A program made the position numbers and the translations under genes. From Octopus sinensis (lineage: Eukaryota), in assembly GCF_006345805.1 (NCBI RefSeq), contig NC_043004.1, forward strand, positions 44,330,001-44,394,000: a DNA stretch of 64,000 bases. The letters are read 5' to 3'. Below the pieces are notes generated by a model. It did no database searches. It was given only the letters and a program-made list of their open reading frames with translations, and was not told where the DNA came from. Of the stretch, positions 39,982 to 50,703 are shown piece by piece; the first letter of the stretch is position 1; each line of letters begins with the position of its first letter.

Positions 39982-40761
39982 ATAGTCATCAAAAATGGGG
40001 TAGAATTAATTAATTGTTAATAAATGTGAGTTATAAATGTGAGTTAATAAATGTGAGTTACCTATGTGAGTTTTTTTCTGAGTATGCATTGTCTGGAGAC
40101 TTTATTTGCAGTTGAAGAAATAGCCAAATTTTTGGCTGCTATTTCTGAAAAGTTCGGTGTGTGGTAAAGTGAATTTTTTTACTTTACCATATTTTTATAA
40201 ATTAATACTTCAAATATACCGTAAATGGTCTTTACATACCGAATACTGCTTGGTCGAATTTATTAACAATTAATTAATTCTACCCCCTTTTTGATGACAA
40301 TATAACCCTTTCTCTCCAAGAATTTGAACTGCAGTTTTTTACCTCTGTAGAAATGTAATGCTCTATGACTCACGTGGGTGGACAGGGAGAATAATAGATC
40401 TCATTCGTATTTTTGGATTTGCTAGTACTGGGGGTCTGGCATGGTTTGTCCGATGTTACAGATATCGGACGGGTATGTTTGATTCTTAGTATTTTCAAAT
40501 CTAAATCAGAAGAAATCTCTGAGCTGATGAAGGAAAAGTGGCGTTTTACCCACAAATCCAGAAACAGACTGTCCTCGGGTATCGTATATGGATGTGATCT
40601 TTCATTGTTTTTCCCTTATATCTATGTGAGTTATTTTCTGAGTATGCATTGTCTGGAGACTTTATTTGCAGTTGAAGAAATAGCCAAATTTTTGGCTGCT
40701 ATTTCTGAAAAGTTCGGTCTGTGGTAAAGTGAATTTTTTTACTTTACCATATTTTTATAAA
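39982..40761 (+). mobile_element. Non-coding partial-tandem element (unit 560 bp) with an internal hammerhead motif and an inverted 5' junction
   Basis: 40062-40201 is repeated at 40622-40761. 39982-40023 is the reverse complement of 40258-40305. Confidence 0.7.
40518..40579 (+). ncRNA. Type I hammerhead ribozyme motif (variant stem II junction)
   Basis: TCTGAG-CTGATGA-A-GGA-AAA-GTGG..CCAC-AAA-TCC-A-GAAA-CAG-A-CTG-T-C-CTCGGG. GUC site after 40573. Confidence 0.7.
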
Positions 40762-40799
40762 TATATATATATATAATATATATATATATATATTTATAT

Positions 40800-40873
<74 letters not shown>

Positions 40874-41149
40874 TGTGTGTGTGTGTATGTGCGTATGTGT
40901 GTGTGTGTGTGTGTATAAATAAGGTTAGAATCGTTAATTTAAATATCGATCTTATCAAGTGGCCAGCATGGGAATACAAACCTTCAAATGCAATAATTAT
41001 TATTAAAATTAAAATTTAGGCTATCTATCAGATACCGCCACGCTGGAAATAACAGCCAAAATTTGACTCTAAAATCACATTAAATGCTCATAGAGTACCA
41101 GGACAGAAGACAAAAATACAAAATGATCTAGCAAAATATTACTGGATAA

Positions 41150-41205
41150 TTCCAAATCCCGGACTTCTGCCTTTGCATAAGAAATGCTTTGCCTCTTCAC
41201 TGGAA
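41150..41205 (-). ncRNA. Degenerate hammerhead-like motif with the same architecture as 40518-40579
   Basis: TTCCA-GTGAAGA-GGC-AAA-GCAT..ATGC-AAA-GGC-A-GAAG-TCC-G-GGA-T-T-TGGAA. Two core substitutions. Confidence 0.45.
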
Positions 41206-41244
41206 CATACGCAGAAAAATAACACACACACACAAACACACACA

Positions 41245-41328
<84 letters not shown>

Positions 41329-41472
41329 TAGTGTTAGAGGTGGAGGGTTGGGTACTGGTGACTATGGGAGCCGTTTGGGTGTCAATGTCTGGGGCATGGC
41401 TTGAGGACAAGTGTCCGTGGAGGCAGGGTGAGATCATTTCTTTTTCCACCTGGATATCGTACACCATAAATC

Positions 41473-42732
41473 CTTAAATTCATACTTCAGAACAATTATT
41501 TCCTATTTGATGACCCATACTATCGTCAGAAATGCGGAATTGCGATGTGGATGAAAGCAGCTCCTGTACTTGTGAACCTAATAATGGGTTATTTTGAATC
41601 CACCTTATATGAAGTATCACTTCAGAAATATGGTTACCCATTTTACGTCTACATAAGAGAAAATTGGGAGCGATATCTGGATGACTGCTTTATCATCTAG
41701 AAGGAAAACATCGACAAACTTTTGGATTTCAAAACAACACTAAATTACATAAATAGTAACATTCTATTCACAATGGAATATAACAAAGAACAACTTCCAT
41801 TTTTAGACATCATGATAAAAAAGTTAACAATGAAATCCTAACTGACATTTATTATAAACCAACTGATTCAGAACAATATCTTCTTTTTAACTCATGCCAC
41901 CCGAAACACATAAAAATAAACATCCCTTTCAATTTAGCAAAAAGGATCTGCACAATAGTGTCTGATAGAACAACTCAGGACCGTCGTCTTCAAGACCTCA
42001 AAACAAAATTTATTGAAAGACAATATCCACCCTCTCTTATCGACGAGGAAATTAAACGTGCCAAACAATTAGACACAAAAACACTAAGAACAAAAAAACA
42101 TAGCACCACACTTCAAACCAATACATTACTATTTATATCAACACACAACCCCAGAAACAGTGAGGCATTCAACACTATTGTGCAAACTCTTCCTTTACTA
42201 ACTAGAGATCCTAAAATGAACGACATCCTGAAATCATACAAACTCATCAAATGCAAAAAACAAGACAAATCGCTAAAGAGACTACTAACAAATGCGAAAC
42301 TTTACAAAACAATCATGAAACCAACGGTTGAAAAATGTGGACGCCCAAACTGTGCAACCTGCCCCAACTTGCTTGAAGGCTAGGATTTCCTTTTCAAACA
42401 AGGACAGAGGTTCACAATTAAAACTAGTTTCGCCTGTGCCTCTGAGAACCTAATTTATGTAATAACCTGCTCGGGTTGCGGACACCACTCTATTGGACAA
42501 ACGAGTATGACCTTGAGAAAGAGAACGACTCTGCACAAGGTGCAAATCCGTTTCCCGAAATAGTCAAATTCCTCTCAGTTAACATATAGAAAAATGTGCG
42601 GGTAATATCAAATCAAATTTCACAGTCTTCCCTTTCTACCACTGCAAAGACGCAAACTCTCAGCTAGAACGTTTAACTAAAGAAACTTTTTTCATTGAAA
42701 AATACAAAACACGTCTTAATATGCACTCATAA
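41473..42732 (+). mobile_element. Penelope-like element (PLE-2), 5'-truncated and decayed RT + GIY-YIG
   Basis: LKFILQNNYFLFDDPYYRQKCGIAM; WERYLDDCFII*; LPFLDI; YYKPTDSEQYL.FNSCHP; NLIYVITCSGCGHHSIGQT. Several stops; a different family from PLE-1. Confidence 0.9.
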
Positions 42733-43014
42733 CCAACTTTTATCTTTTTACATATTTCATTTCACGATTACATCACTGTACATAAATCCCCTAGGTTTTT
42801 GAAACTTGTCTCTGTACACATATATAATCCCCAGCCATTACCGAAAGCTGAACAGTTATCTCCCTTACCCACAACGATAACAATAATAACGACAACCAAT
42901 TACCTCCCTTTATTTATCTCCTTGTGAAGTCATTCACTCCTGAATTTCATCACACACAACATGGACCAAATTTCGTCTTAAGAAAAAAATATATATTCAA
43001 ATAAGTAAAACATA

Positions 43015-43049
43015 ATATCATGAACAGCGATAGCGAAACCGCTCGATAT
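43015..43049 (+). ncRNA. Degenerate minimal hammerhead in the PLE-2 3' region
   Basis: ATATC-ATGAACA-GC-GATA-GC-GAAA-CCGC-T-C-GATAT. Three substitutions away from a perfect minimal motif. Confidence 0.4.
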
Positions 43050-43209
43050 ATTAAAAATTATATTAAAACTATGTAAGTGTGCATATTGTTTTTTTTTATT
43101 TCTTATATATATATATATATAGTTAAAACTTAAAAAAAAAAAAACACGAAGACAAGTGTATAAACAACAAGCATGTGTACTAGTTTGACGCTCAGGAAGG
43201 TGAAAAGGT

Positions 43210-43245
43210 CTTTTACGTTTCGAGCCTACGCTCATCAACAGAAAG
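43210..43245 (-). ncRNA. Minimal hammerhead-like motif (variant core)
   Basis: CTTT-CTGTTGA-T-GAGC-GTAG-GCTC-GAAA-CG-T-A-AAAG. Same layout as the 20/36 kb family. Confidence 0.45.
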
Positions 43246-44082
43246 GAACACAAGTAAATAAACAGAGATGGAATAAATATATGCATATATATATATACAT
43301 ATATCCAACGCACTATGTAGACGATAGATGCAAACATGTAAATAGCTTGACTTTACCTTATGTACGATATCTTCATGGACAGTAGGCAACATATTAGTTT
43401 TACTCCTTTTGCTCTGAAATGAAAAATGCAGAAATTATGTTCCAATAACGAAACTGAAGACTCATTCAAGACACAGGCTAATATTATCAAATATCTCCGA
43501 CTATTCATTTATACTCCTGTACATAGGTTAAACTAATACAAGACTGGCCTCTTTCATTATTTATATTCATAAAATTGCTAATGGAGTGCAAAATCGAATA
43601 GACTGATTTGCATATTTTAAAACAGTCTTTACAGCTACCTCTATTACAGTCTAGATGTATGAGTGACTGTATCAGACTGTTTGGGGGTATATTGCGTATG
43701 CGTATTGTTATAAGTGTGTGTGCTTGAGTGGATGCGTGTCTAAATCAGGGAAGACTATTCATGGCTGTAATTCTTATTAAACACACATTTGATAGTAACA
43801 TTATAAACTCTACATCTTCAAATTACTTTTGAAAACAACTTATAACATCAGTCGCATACAGGAGAACCCATCGTTATATCAACTGCTAACGTTTTAATCT
43901 ACCTCACAGTTGGGTGTCATTTAAATTAGACTATGAGCTTTTGGTTTGATGAAATATTATCATTCCAGTCTATCCACAAATTTTGCTCTGTATCAAATAT
44001 GTTTACACAGTATAAAATATGCATTTCTAACTATACCTTAGAACTTCGGCATTTTGTATTTATGTATATATATAAATACACA

Positions 44083-44490
44083 GGCGCAGGAGTGGCTCTG
44101 TGGTAAGTAGGTTGTTTACCGACCACATGGTTCCGGGTGCAATCTCACTACGGAGAACCTTGGGCAAGTGTCTTCTACTATAGCCTCGGGCCGACCAAAG
44201 CCTTGTGAGTGGATTTGGTAGACGGAAACTGAAAGAATCCCGCCGTATATATGTATATTATATATATATGTATGCGTGCGTGTGTTTGTGTGACTGTGTT
44301 TGTCCCCCTAGCATTGCTTGACAACCGATGCTGGGGTGTTTTTGTCCCCGTTACTTAGCGGTTCGGCAAAAGAGACCGATAGAATAAGTACTGGGCTTAC
44401 AAAAGAATAAGTCCCGGGGTCGAGTTGCTCGATTAAAGGCGGTGCTCCAGCATGGCCGCAGTCAAATGACTGAAACTAGTAAAAGAGTAG
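44083..44490 (+). mobile_element. SINE family A, full length
   Basis: ggcgcaggagtggctctgtggtaag ... cagtcaaatgactgaaactagtaaaagag. Confidence 0.9.
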
Positions 44491-44502
44491 AAGAGTATAC
44501 AG

Positions 44503-44656
<154 letters not shown>

Positions 44657-44816
44657 GTGTGTGTGTGCATGCGCATGTGTGTATACGTGTGTGCGCGTGT
44701 GTGTATGTGTGTTAATTCGCCGAAAAACCATAAATTAAGCAATGCAACGTGTAAGTGCACAGTATCATGTAATAATAATAATGTTCGTCCTTCGGTTCGA
44801 AGATGACCAACTGACA

Positions 44817-47381
44817 TCATCTGATGGAACTGCCGCCATGAGACCGGAGGTGGCTGGTGAGGCCAATCCGGGCAAGGAAGCCCCTCCCACAGGTGGGGCA
44901 GAAGTGGGTAGGGGCAGTGCTACTGGTGCAGGCGGCTCTGACTTTACGCATCTGACGTTTCTGCTCCGCTGACCGAATCCGTCCCTCCTCGGCTGTCCCT
45001 ACTCCCACGGTGATTGCGCTGCGCCAGGATGAGCGGTTGGCAGCAAGTGTCTCCCAGGTCTCTGTTCCGATGGAGAAGTCTTTGAGAGAGACCTTGAGAC
45101 TATCCTTGTAGCGCTTTTTCTGCCCTCCGACTTTGCGCCTGCCCTGGCCGAGTTCACCGTAGAAGAGCTGTTTTGGGATGCGAGTGTCGGACATGCGGGA
45201 GACGTGGCCCGCCCATCTCAGCTGGGCCTTGCGCATGATTCTGATGGTGCTAGGGAGATCTGCCTGCTTCAGAACTTCCGTGTCTGGGACTTTGTCCTGC
45301 CAGCGGATGTGAAGGAGATTCCGAAGACACCTGAGATGGAAGTGGTTTATCTGGCGCTCGTGCCTTCGGTAAGCAGTCCACGTTTCGCAGCCGTATAGTA
45401 GAGTGGTAAGCACGACTGCCCGGTAGACTTTCAGCTTGGTGTTGAGGCTGATTCCTCTCCGCTCCCAGACTTTCTTTCGCAGTCTCCCAAACGCGCTGCT
45501 TGCCTTGGAGATTCTGTTGATGGTTTCAGCATCTATGTTGGCATTGCAGGAGAGAGTGCTGCCCAGGTAGGTGAAGTTTTCCACCACTCGTAAGATCCGT
45601 CCGTTCACCCTTATCTGAGGCTCATGGTATTGTTTGCCGGGGGCTGGCTGAAACATCACTTCGGTTTTCTTTGCACTGATGGTGAGACCGAAGTTGTCAC
45701 AGGCTGATGAGAACCTGTCCATCTCGAGCTGCATCTCCTGCTCATCGATTGCATTAAGGGCGCAGTCGTCAGCAAAGAGAAAGTCTCTGACGACTGTCTC
45801 CCTCACCTTTGTGACAGCCTGCAATCTCCTGGAGTTGAAAAGTTTCCCGTCTGTCCTGTACTTGATGTTGATACCGGACTTGCAGTCCCTAAAGGCGTCG
45901 GACATCATTGCCGAGAACATGATGCTGAACAGTGTTGGGGCCAGAACACAGCCCTGCCTGACTCCATTGGTCACCTGGAAGGCTTCAGATGAGTCGCCGT
46001 CCTCAAGGATTCTGGCTGTCATTCCGTCGTGGAACTGGCGGACAATTGCAATAAATTTGCTGGGGCAACCAAATTTTCCCATGACCTTCCATAGTCCCTC
46101 CCGACTGACTGTATCAAAGGCCTTGGTGAGGTCAACAAAGGTCATGCAGAGGTCAAGGTGCTGCTCCATGCATTTCTCCTGGAGCTGGCGGGCGGCGAAT
46201 ATCATGTCAGTGGTCCCTCGACCCGCACGGAAGCCACACTGGCTCTCAGGGAGAAGGCCTTGCTCCAAGTGTTCCAGAAGGCGGTCAAGCAGGACCCGGG
46301 CCAGGATCTTGCCTGCTATGGACAAGAGGGAAATACCTCGGTGGTTGTCGCAGGACTGCCGATCTCCTTTCCGCTTATAAATGTGGACGATTGTTGCATC
46401 CCGGAAATCTTGAGGGAGTTGTTCCCTGTCCCACATCGACTGGAACAGGCTGGTGAGCTGACTGATCATGGTGGGGCCTCCCGACTTGAACACCTCTGCA
46501 GGGATGGCGTCAGAGCCTGGAGCTTTGCCGGTGGACATTTTTTTGATGGCTCTGCTCACTTCCCCGACTGCAGGGGGAACAGCCAACTCGTGGTTTGTCG
46601 GCACCTGGGGGAGACGTGCGATGGCTTCCTCGTTGATCTGGGCTGGTCGGTTGAGCACGATGTTGAAGTGCTCCGCCCATCTCTCCAGGATCAGCCTCTT
46701 GTTAGTCAGGAGTGAGGTTCCATCTGAGCTGAGCAGGGGGGTTGATCCAAAGGAGAACTGCGGTCCATAGACAGCTTTCAGCGCCTCGTAGAATTTCTTG
46801 GTGTCGTGTTTGTCTGCGTATCCCTGAATCTCATCCGCCTTGGCGCTTAACCATGCATCTTGCATGAGGCGGAGTTTAACCTGGACTGTGCTGCGAATGT
46901 TGTTGAAAGCGGCCTTCTTTGCCGTGCAGGTGGTGTCATTTTGGTGAGCCCGCAGCAGACGGCGTTTCTCTTCCAGGAGCTTTTGGATTTCCTGGTCGTT
47001 TTCGTCGAACCAGTCCTGGTGGTTCCTCGTAATTTGGCCCAGAGTTTCAAGGGCGATGGAATGAACCGTGTCCCTGAATGATTCCCACTGCTCATCGATG
47101 CTGGACTGGTCACTCCGAATGTCCAACAGCTTACGTGACTGGAGATCTTGTGCAGTCAGCTGGTTCCTTAATTTCGTGATGTTAAGCTTCCTCGTCACTT
47201 TCTGACCCTGTGGTCTTCTCTTAGGTCGGATGTAGAAATCCATCCTGGAGATGATGAGGCGATGGTCCGTCCAGCAGTCAGCTCCGCACATGGCTTTGAC
47301 CAGTCTCACGTCCGCCTGTATTTCGCCCTGACGATGACGTAATCTATCAGATGCCAGTGTTTGGAGCGTGGATGCATCCAT
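44817..47381 (-). CDS. RTE LINE ORF, open part: linker, reverse transcriptase and C-terminal zinc finger (854 aa in the track)
   Basis: KAPGSDAIPAE, NHRGISLLSIAGK, QCGFRAGRGT, FVDLTKAFDTV, GVRQGCVLAP, FLFADD, FTYLGS, CPTCGRGFLARIGLTSHLRSH. The first ~20 codons of the track ORF are an off-frame reading of the endonuclease region. Confidence 0.9.
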   Translation of the reverse strand: MDASTLQTLASDRLRHRQGEIQADVRLVKAMCGADCWTDHRLIISRMDFYIRPKRRPQGQKVTRKLNITKLRNQLTAQDLQSRKLLDIRSDQSSIDEQWESFRDTVHSIALETLGQITRNHQDWFDENDQEIQKLLEEKRRLLRAHQNDTTCTAKKAAFNNIRSTVQVKLRLMQDAWLSAKADEIQGYADKHDTKKFYEALKAVYGPQFSFGSTPLLSSDGTSLLTNKRLILERWAEHFNIVLNRPAQINEEAIARLPQVPTNHELAVPPAVGEVSRAIKKMSTGKAPGSDAIPAEVFKSGGPTMISQLTSLFQSMWDREQLPQDFRDATIVHIYKRKGDRQSCDNHRGISLLSIAGKILARVLLDRLLEHLEQGLLPESQCGFRAGRGTTDMIFAARQLQEKCMEQHLDLCMTFVDLTKAFDTVSREGLWKVMGKFGCPSKFIAIVRQFHDGMTARILEDGDSSEAFQVTNGVRQGCVLAPTLFSIMFSAMMSDAFRDCKSGINIKYRTDGKLFNSRRLQAVTKVRETVVRDFLFADDCALNAIDEQEMQLEMDRFSSACDNFGLTISAKKTEVMFQPAPGKQYHEPQIRVNGRILRVVENFTYLGSTLSCNANIDAETINRISKASSAFGRLRKKVWERRGISLNTKLKVYRAVVLTTLLYGCETWTAYRRHERQINHFHLRCLRNLLHIRWQDKVPDTEVLKQADLPSTIRIMRKAQLRWAGHVSRMSDTRIPKQLFYGELGQGRRKVGGQKKRYKDSLKVSLKDFSIGTETWETLAANRSSWRSAITVGVGTAEEGRIRSAEQKRQMRKVRAACTSSTAPTHFCPTCGRGFLARIGLTSHLRSHGGSSIR

Positions 47382-48030
47382 GATGTCTTGTTGCGTGTTG
47401 GCAGACGGAACAAGGTGTTGGCGATGGTAAGATCATGAGAGGCACACGCACGCAGGAGGAGCTGTCCGTTGCTGTTGCACTTTCCGATTCCTTGCTTTCC
47501 CAGTACGCGATGCCAGGCTTGGTGGTCAGTCCCGACACGGGCGTTAAAATCCCCAAGGAGGATGAGCTTCCCAGGCTGGGCTGACGTGATGAGGGAGTCG
47601 AGTTCCTCATAGAACCTGTCCTTAACTTCTTCAGGGTTGGTCATGGTGGGGGCGTAAGCACTGATGATGGTCGCACTAGTCTTTGTCCAAGTGGGAGCTG
47701 CATCTTCATCAGCCGATCGTTGATACCCTCGGGGGGGGGCTTTCCAGTTTCCGCACGTGTACTGACTTAATGGAAAACCAACACCAGCCTCACGACGCTC
47801 TCTTCGCTGCTGCGACCACTCCAAAAGAAAGTGTAGCCGCCGCCTGTCTCTGTCAGCTGGCCTTTGTCCGCAAGGCGGGTCTCGCTCAGTGCTGCAATAT
47901 CGACACTGTATCGGCTCAGTTCTCTGGCCACCAGGGCAGTTCGTCTCTCTGGTCTGTCCGCTTTGGTGTTGTCAAGCAGAGTTCTCACGTTTCAAGTTGC
48001 GAAAGTGAGCACCTTTGTTTGTTTTCTTCT
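47310..48030 (-). pseudogene. RTE apurinic-endonuclease domain, disrupted
   Basis: AT*NVRTLLD, DIAALSETR, YTFFWSG, SAYAPT, LGDFNARVG, WHLIDYVIV, split across several frames. Confidence 0.88.
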
Positions 48031-48899
48031 TTCTTTGTTTCGACCGCTTGGAAAGGATCCCCGCCAGCCGCGGTTTGCTGACCAGGGTGAGGTGAGGCAG
48101 GCTATGTTTAGGGCAACCTTTTCTAGCCCCGTCCTCATGCTGGGGAGGCGAGCAGAGCGATCCTGAAGAGGGCTGCTCGGTCACTCAGGAGGCTGCCGGA
48201 CTCCACTGCTGCCTCAGTTCAGTGAGGGGCGACCACATGTCCTGAGCCGCCTGTGTGTGGTTCACGACTGCAGCTCCAGTGTATCCTCACCTGCTACTTC
48301 GCCGTATCCCCATCGCCACAGGACTTTGGGATGGTGTCATGGCGTCATGATGTCGTGACATGCGCGTGACTTGGATTATAGTGAGGGTGACTTGCGCAGG
48401 ATCAGCCTCACTCTCTCGTCCTGGTGCGCCGGATCCAGTGGCAAGACAAAGTCAAGACGACTGGGGGTAGACCAAGATGCAGGAGCTGCCGGAAGGTGGC
48501 ACGCATGGCGCAATCCAACCGCCTTAGGGGCTCCACTCCGGATTTTGGATGGCCATTGACTCATGAGAGAGTTCCTCTGCCCTTTGACAGGTTTTGTTTT
48601 TAGTCCTGCTGGGTGTCCAAATCACCCTCCTCACCAAGAAATCTTGGTGGGGTTGCCAGTTTAGTCGCCAACGACCCGACCATGTAACAGGTTGTACTGG
48701 GTTACATGTTACCAGTAGCTCCAAGTGGAGACCTGACAGTATCATGTAATATATTGTAACTGAAAGGCTGACTATGTCTTATACAAAAATATCAAGGAAA
48801 TGCTGATCTACTTGGTATTTTAAGAACCTCGGGTGAATGATACGTGTGAAAACTGTTTTGAACACATGTTTCACACATGTTTTTTTCTTTTCTTTTCTA

Positions 48900-49100
48900 C
48901 TCTAAGCACATGGCCCAAACTTTTGGGAGAGGGACCAGTCGATTACATTGACCAGAGTATGCAATTGATACTTAATTTATCGACCCCCTAAAGGGTAAAA
49001 GGCAAAGTCAACCTCGGCGGGATTTGAACTCAAAACATAAAGACAAAGGAAATACCGCTAAGTATATTGCCCTACGTGCTAAACTTTCTGCATCTCACTG
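48900..49100 (-). mobile_element. SINE family C, degraded copy
   Basis: The reverse complement contains gagttcaaatcccgccgaggttgactttgcc ... ggggtcgataaattaag. Confidence 0.7.
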
Positions 49101-50124
49101 TCTTCAAACTCACGTTCTTCATTTCATTTCTGGCACTTGTGGGAAACACCAATCATCTTAAGTCTCATACAAGTGACTACACGTTAAAAACTGCTCTTGC
49201 GAAATTGTGTTGTTAATAGTCCATTGAAAACAATTCGGAAATGAACTTTTTAAAACAGTTGAATGTATAATTTTATATAAAATGTTCTCTTTCCTGACAT
49301 CGCCATTCAGATTGCACATATAGGTAGGACAATTTTGTCCATAGCAACACTTTTTCCTGTTCTCCCAATTCTAAGCATGGACCCAACGTAGAAGCAACTA
49401 GACTCTACTCAGTTCTTGAGAAAGGAGAAATGTACTTCTCTCCGGCATACACAGAAGGTTAGAAGTTGTTTACGGAAATGTCACAGAGAATTGAACAACG
49501 CATACAGACTGATGGTGAAGTTTGAATAATGGGAAAACATCATTGAAGAAACTTACGTAATGCGATGCCCTATAAAGTGATCACTGCACTGACACGAATG
49601 ATTTGTGGAGACAAGTGACTAACGGTACCTTACTGCACAGCTGCACTGCGGTTACAACACACTACAGATGACATTCGAGTATTAGAATTTCCGTGCAAAG
49701 TGTCCATGACGGCTGTTGATCCTGGATACAAGGACAGAAGGATAGAAATGTACACTGACCTCCTTCAATCTTTCGAACCTATGTATGCTTTTATTCCTCG
49801 ATTTGGTGAGAGGGGAGCAAAATTGGGTATATCATCGTCATCATCATTTCCCGTGATATTTAGGAACTGTACGTATATTTTGATTATGAATCAGGCCATC
49901 GCTAAATTAGGGTTTCCTGTGGTTTTCTACTCAACGTACAGCTCGCATCTGGTAGCCTCCTACTCCAACCTGTTCGTCTCTCTGAATGACAAGCAATCAT
50001 TGCAAACGCCGTCTTCATAGCACAAACAACGTGGTATTGGTTGTGAATAAGTATCTACAACACTTCGCACATAAATTTCTTGAACGCATAACATGAACTG
50101 GGCAACGATGCAAATATATCGCTT

Positions 50125-50535
50125 GGGATCTTTTCGGTTTGAACGGTAGTTTTTTCTAGCGGAGTCATATGAAATTGTCACCCATAATTATGACCCTAGT
50201 ATCGATCTATTGCATTTCAATCTAGTTTAGGATTAGGGTTAGTTAGGGTTAGGGTTAGGGTGAGGGCTAGAAATGTGGGAAGGGTATCTTTTTTTCTTCA
50301 CAAATGTAAATAAACCCAATCTGTTTGTTAAACGAGGGACATATTCATACGGTACAGAATGTTCTTTTTTTACCTCAATGGACGTCATTGATTGGTTGAA
50401 ATTGCAGAAATTGAAGAAATAAAACAACAAATATCTTACAAACTATAGAATTTTCTCAATAAAGCCAAGAGAAAAAGATGTTTTATAAATACATTCTACC
50501 AGTAAACGAAGGTTAAAATATTTTAGTTACCTAAA
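50125..50535. mobile_element. Second, 3'-truncated copy of the TTAGGG-containing MITE
   Basis: Aligns with 30795-31205; the right TIR is missing. Confidence 0.8.
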
Positions 50536-50630
50536 AATAGTGTTACCTCTATTTCCAGGTCTTTGTATTTTGAAAGTTTCTCCATTTCTTTTAGAGAAAC
50601 GTTGTCATCTGCTGGTATTGATATATTATC

Positions 50631-50634
<4 letters not shown>

Positions 50635-50703
<69 letters not shown>

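Larger units (their letters stand above)
44775..48735 (-). mobile_element. Full-length RTE-clade LINE with a 16-bp TSD
   Basis: TSD acagtatcatgtaata at 44759-44774 and 48736-48751. Short (ATT)n tail, ~0.7 kb 5' UTR, APE + RT + C-terminal C2H2. Confidence 0.93.

Noticed and set aside
45204-47113. Plus-strand ORFs of 185-233 aa within the RTE element
   Set aside because: Antisense shadows of a GC-rich coding frame.
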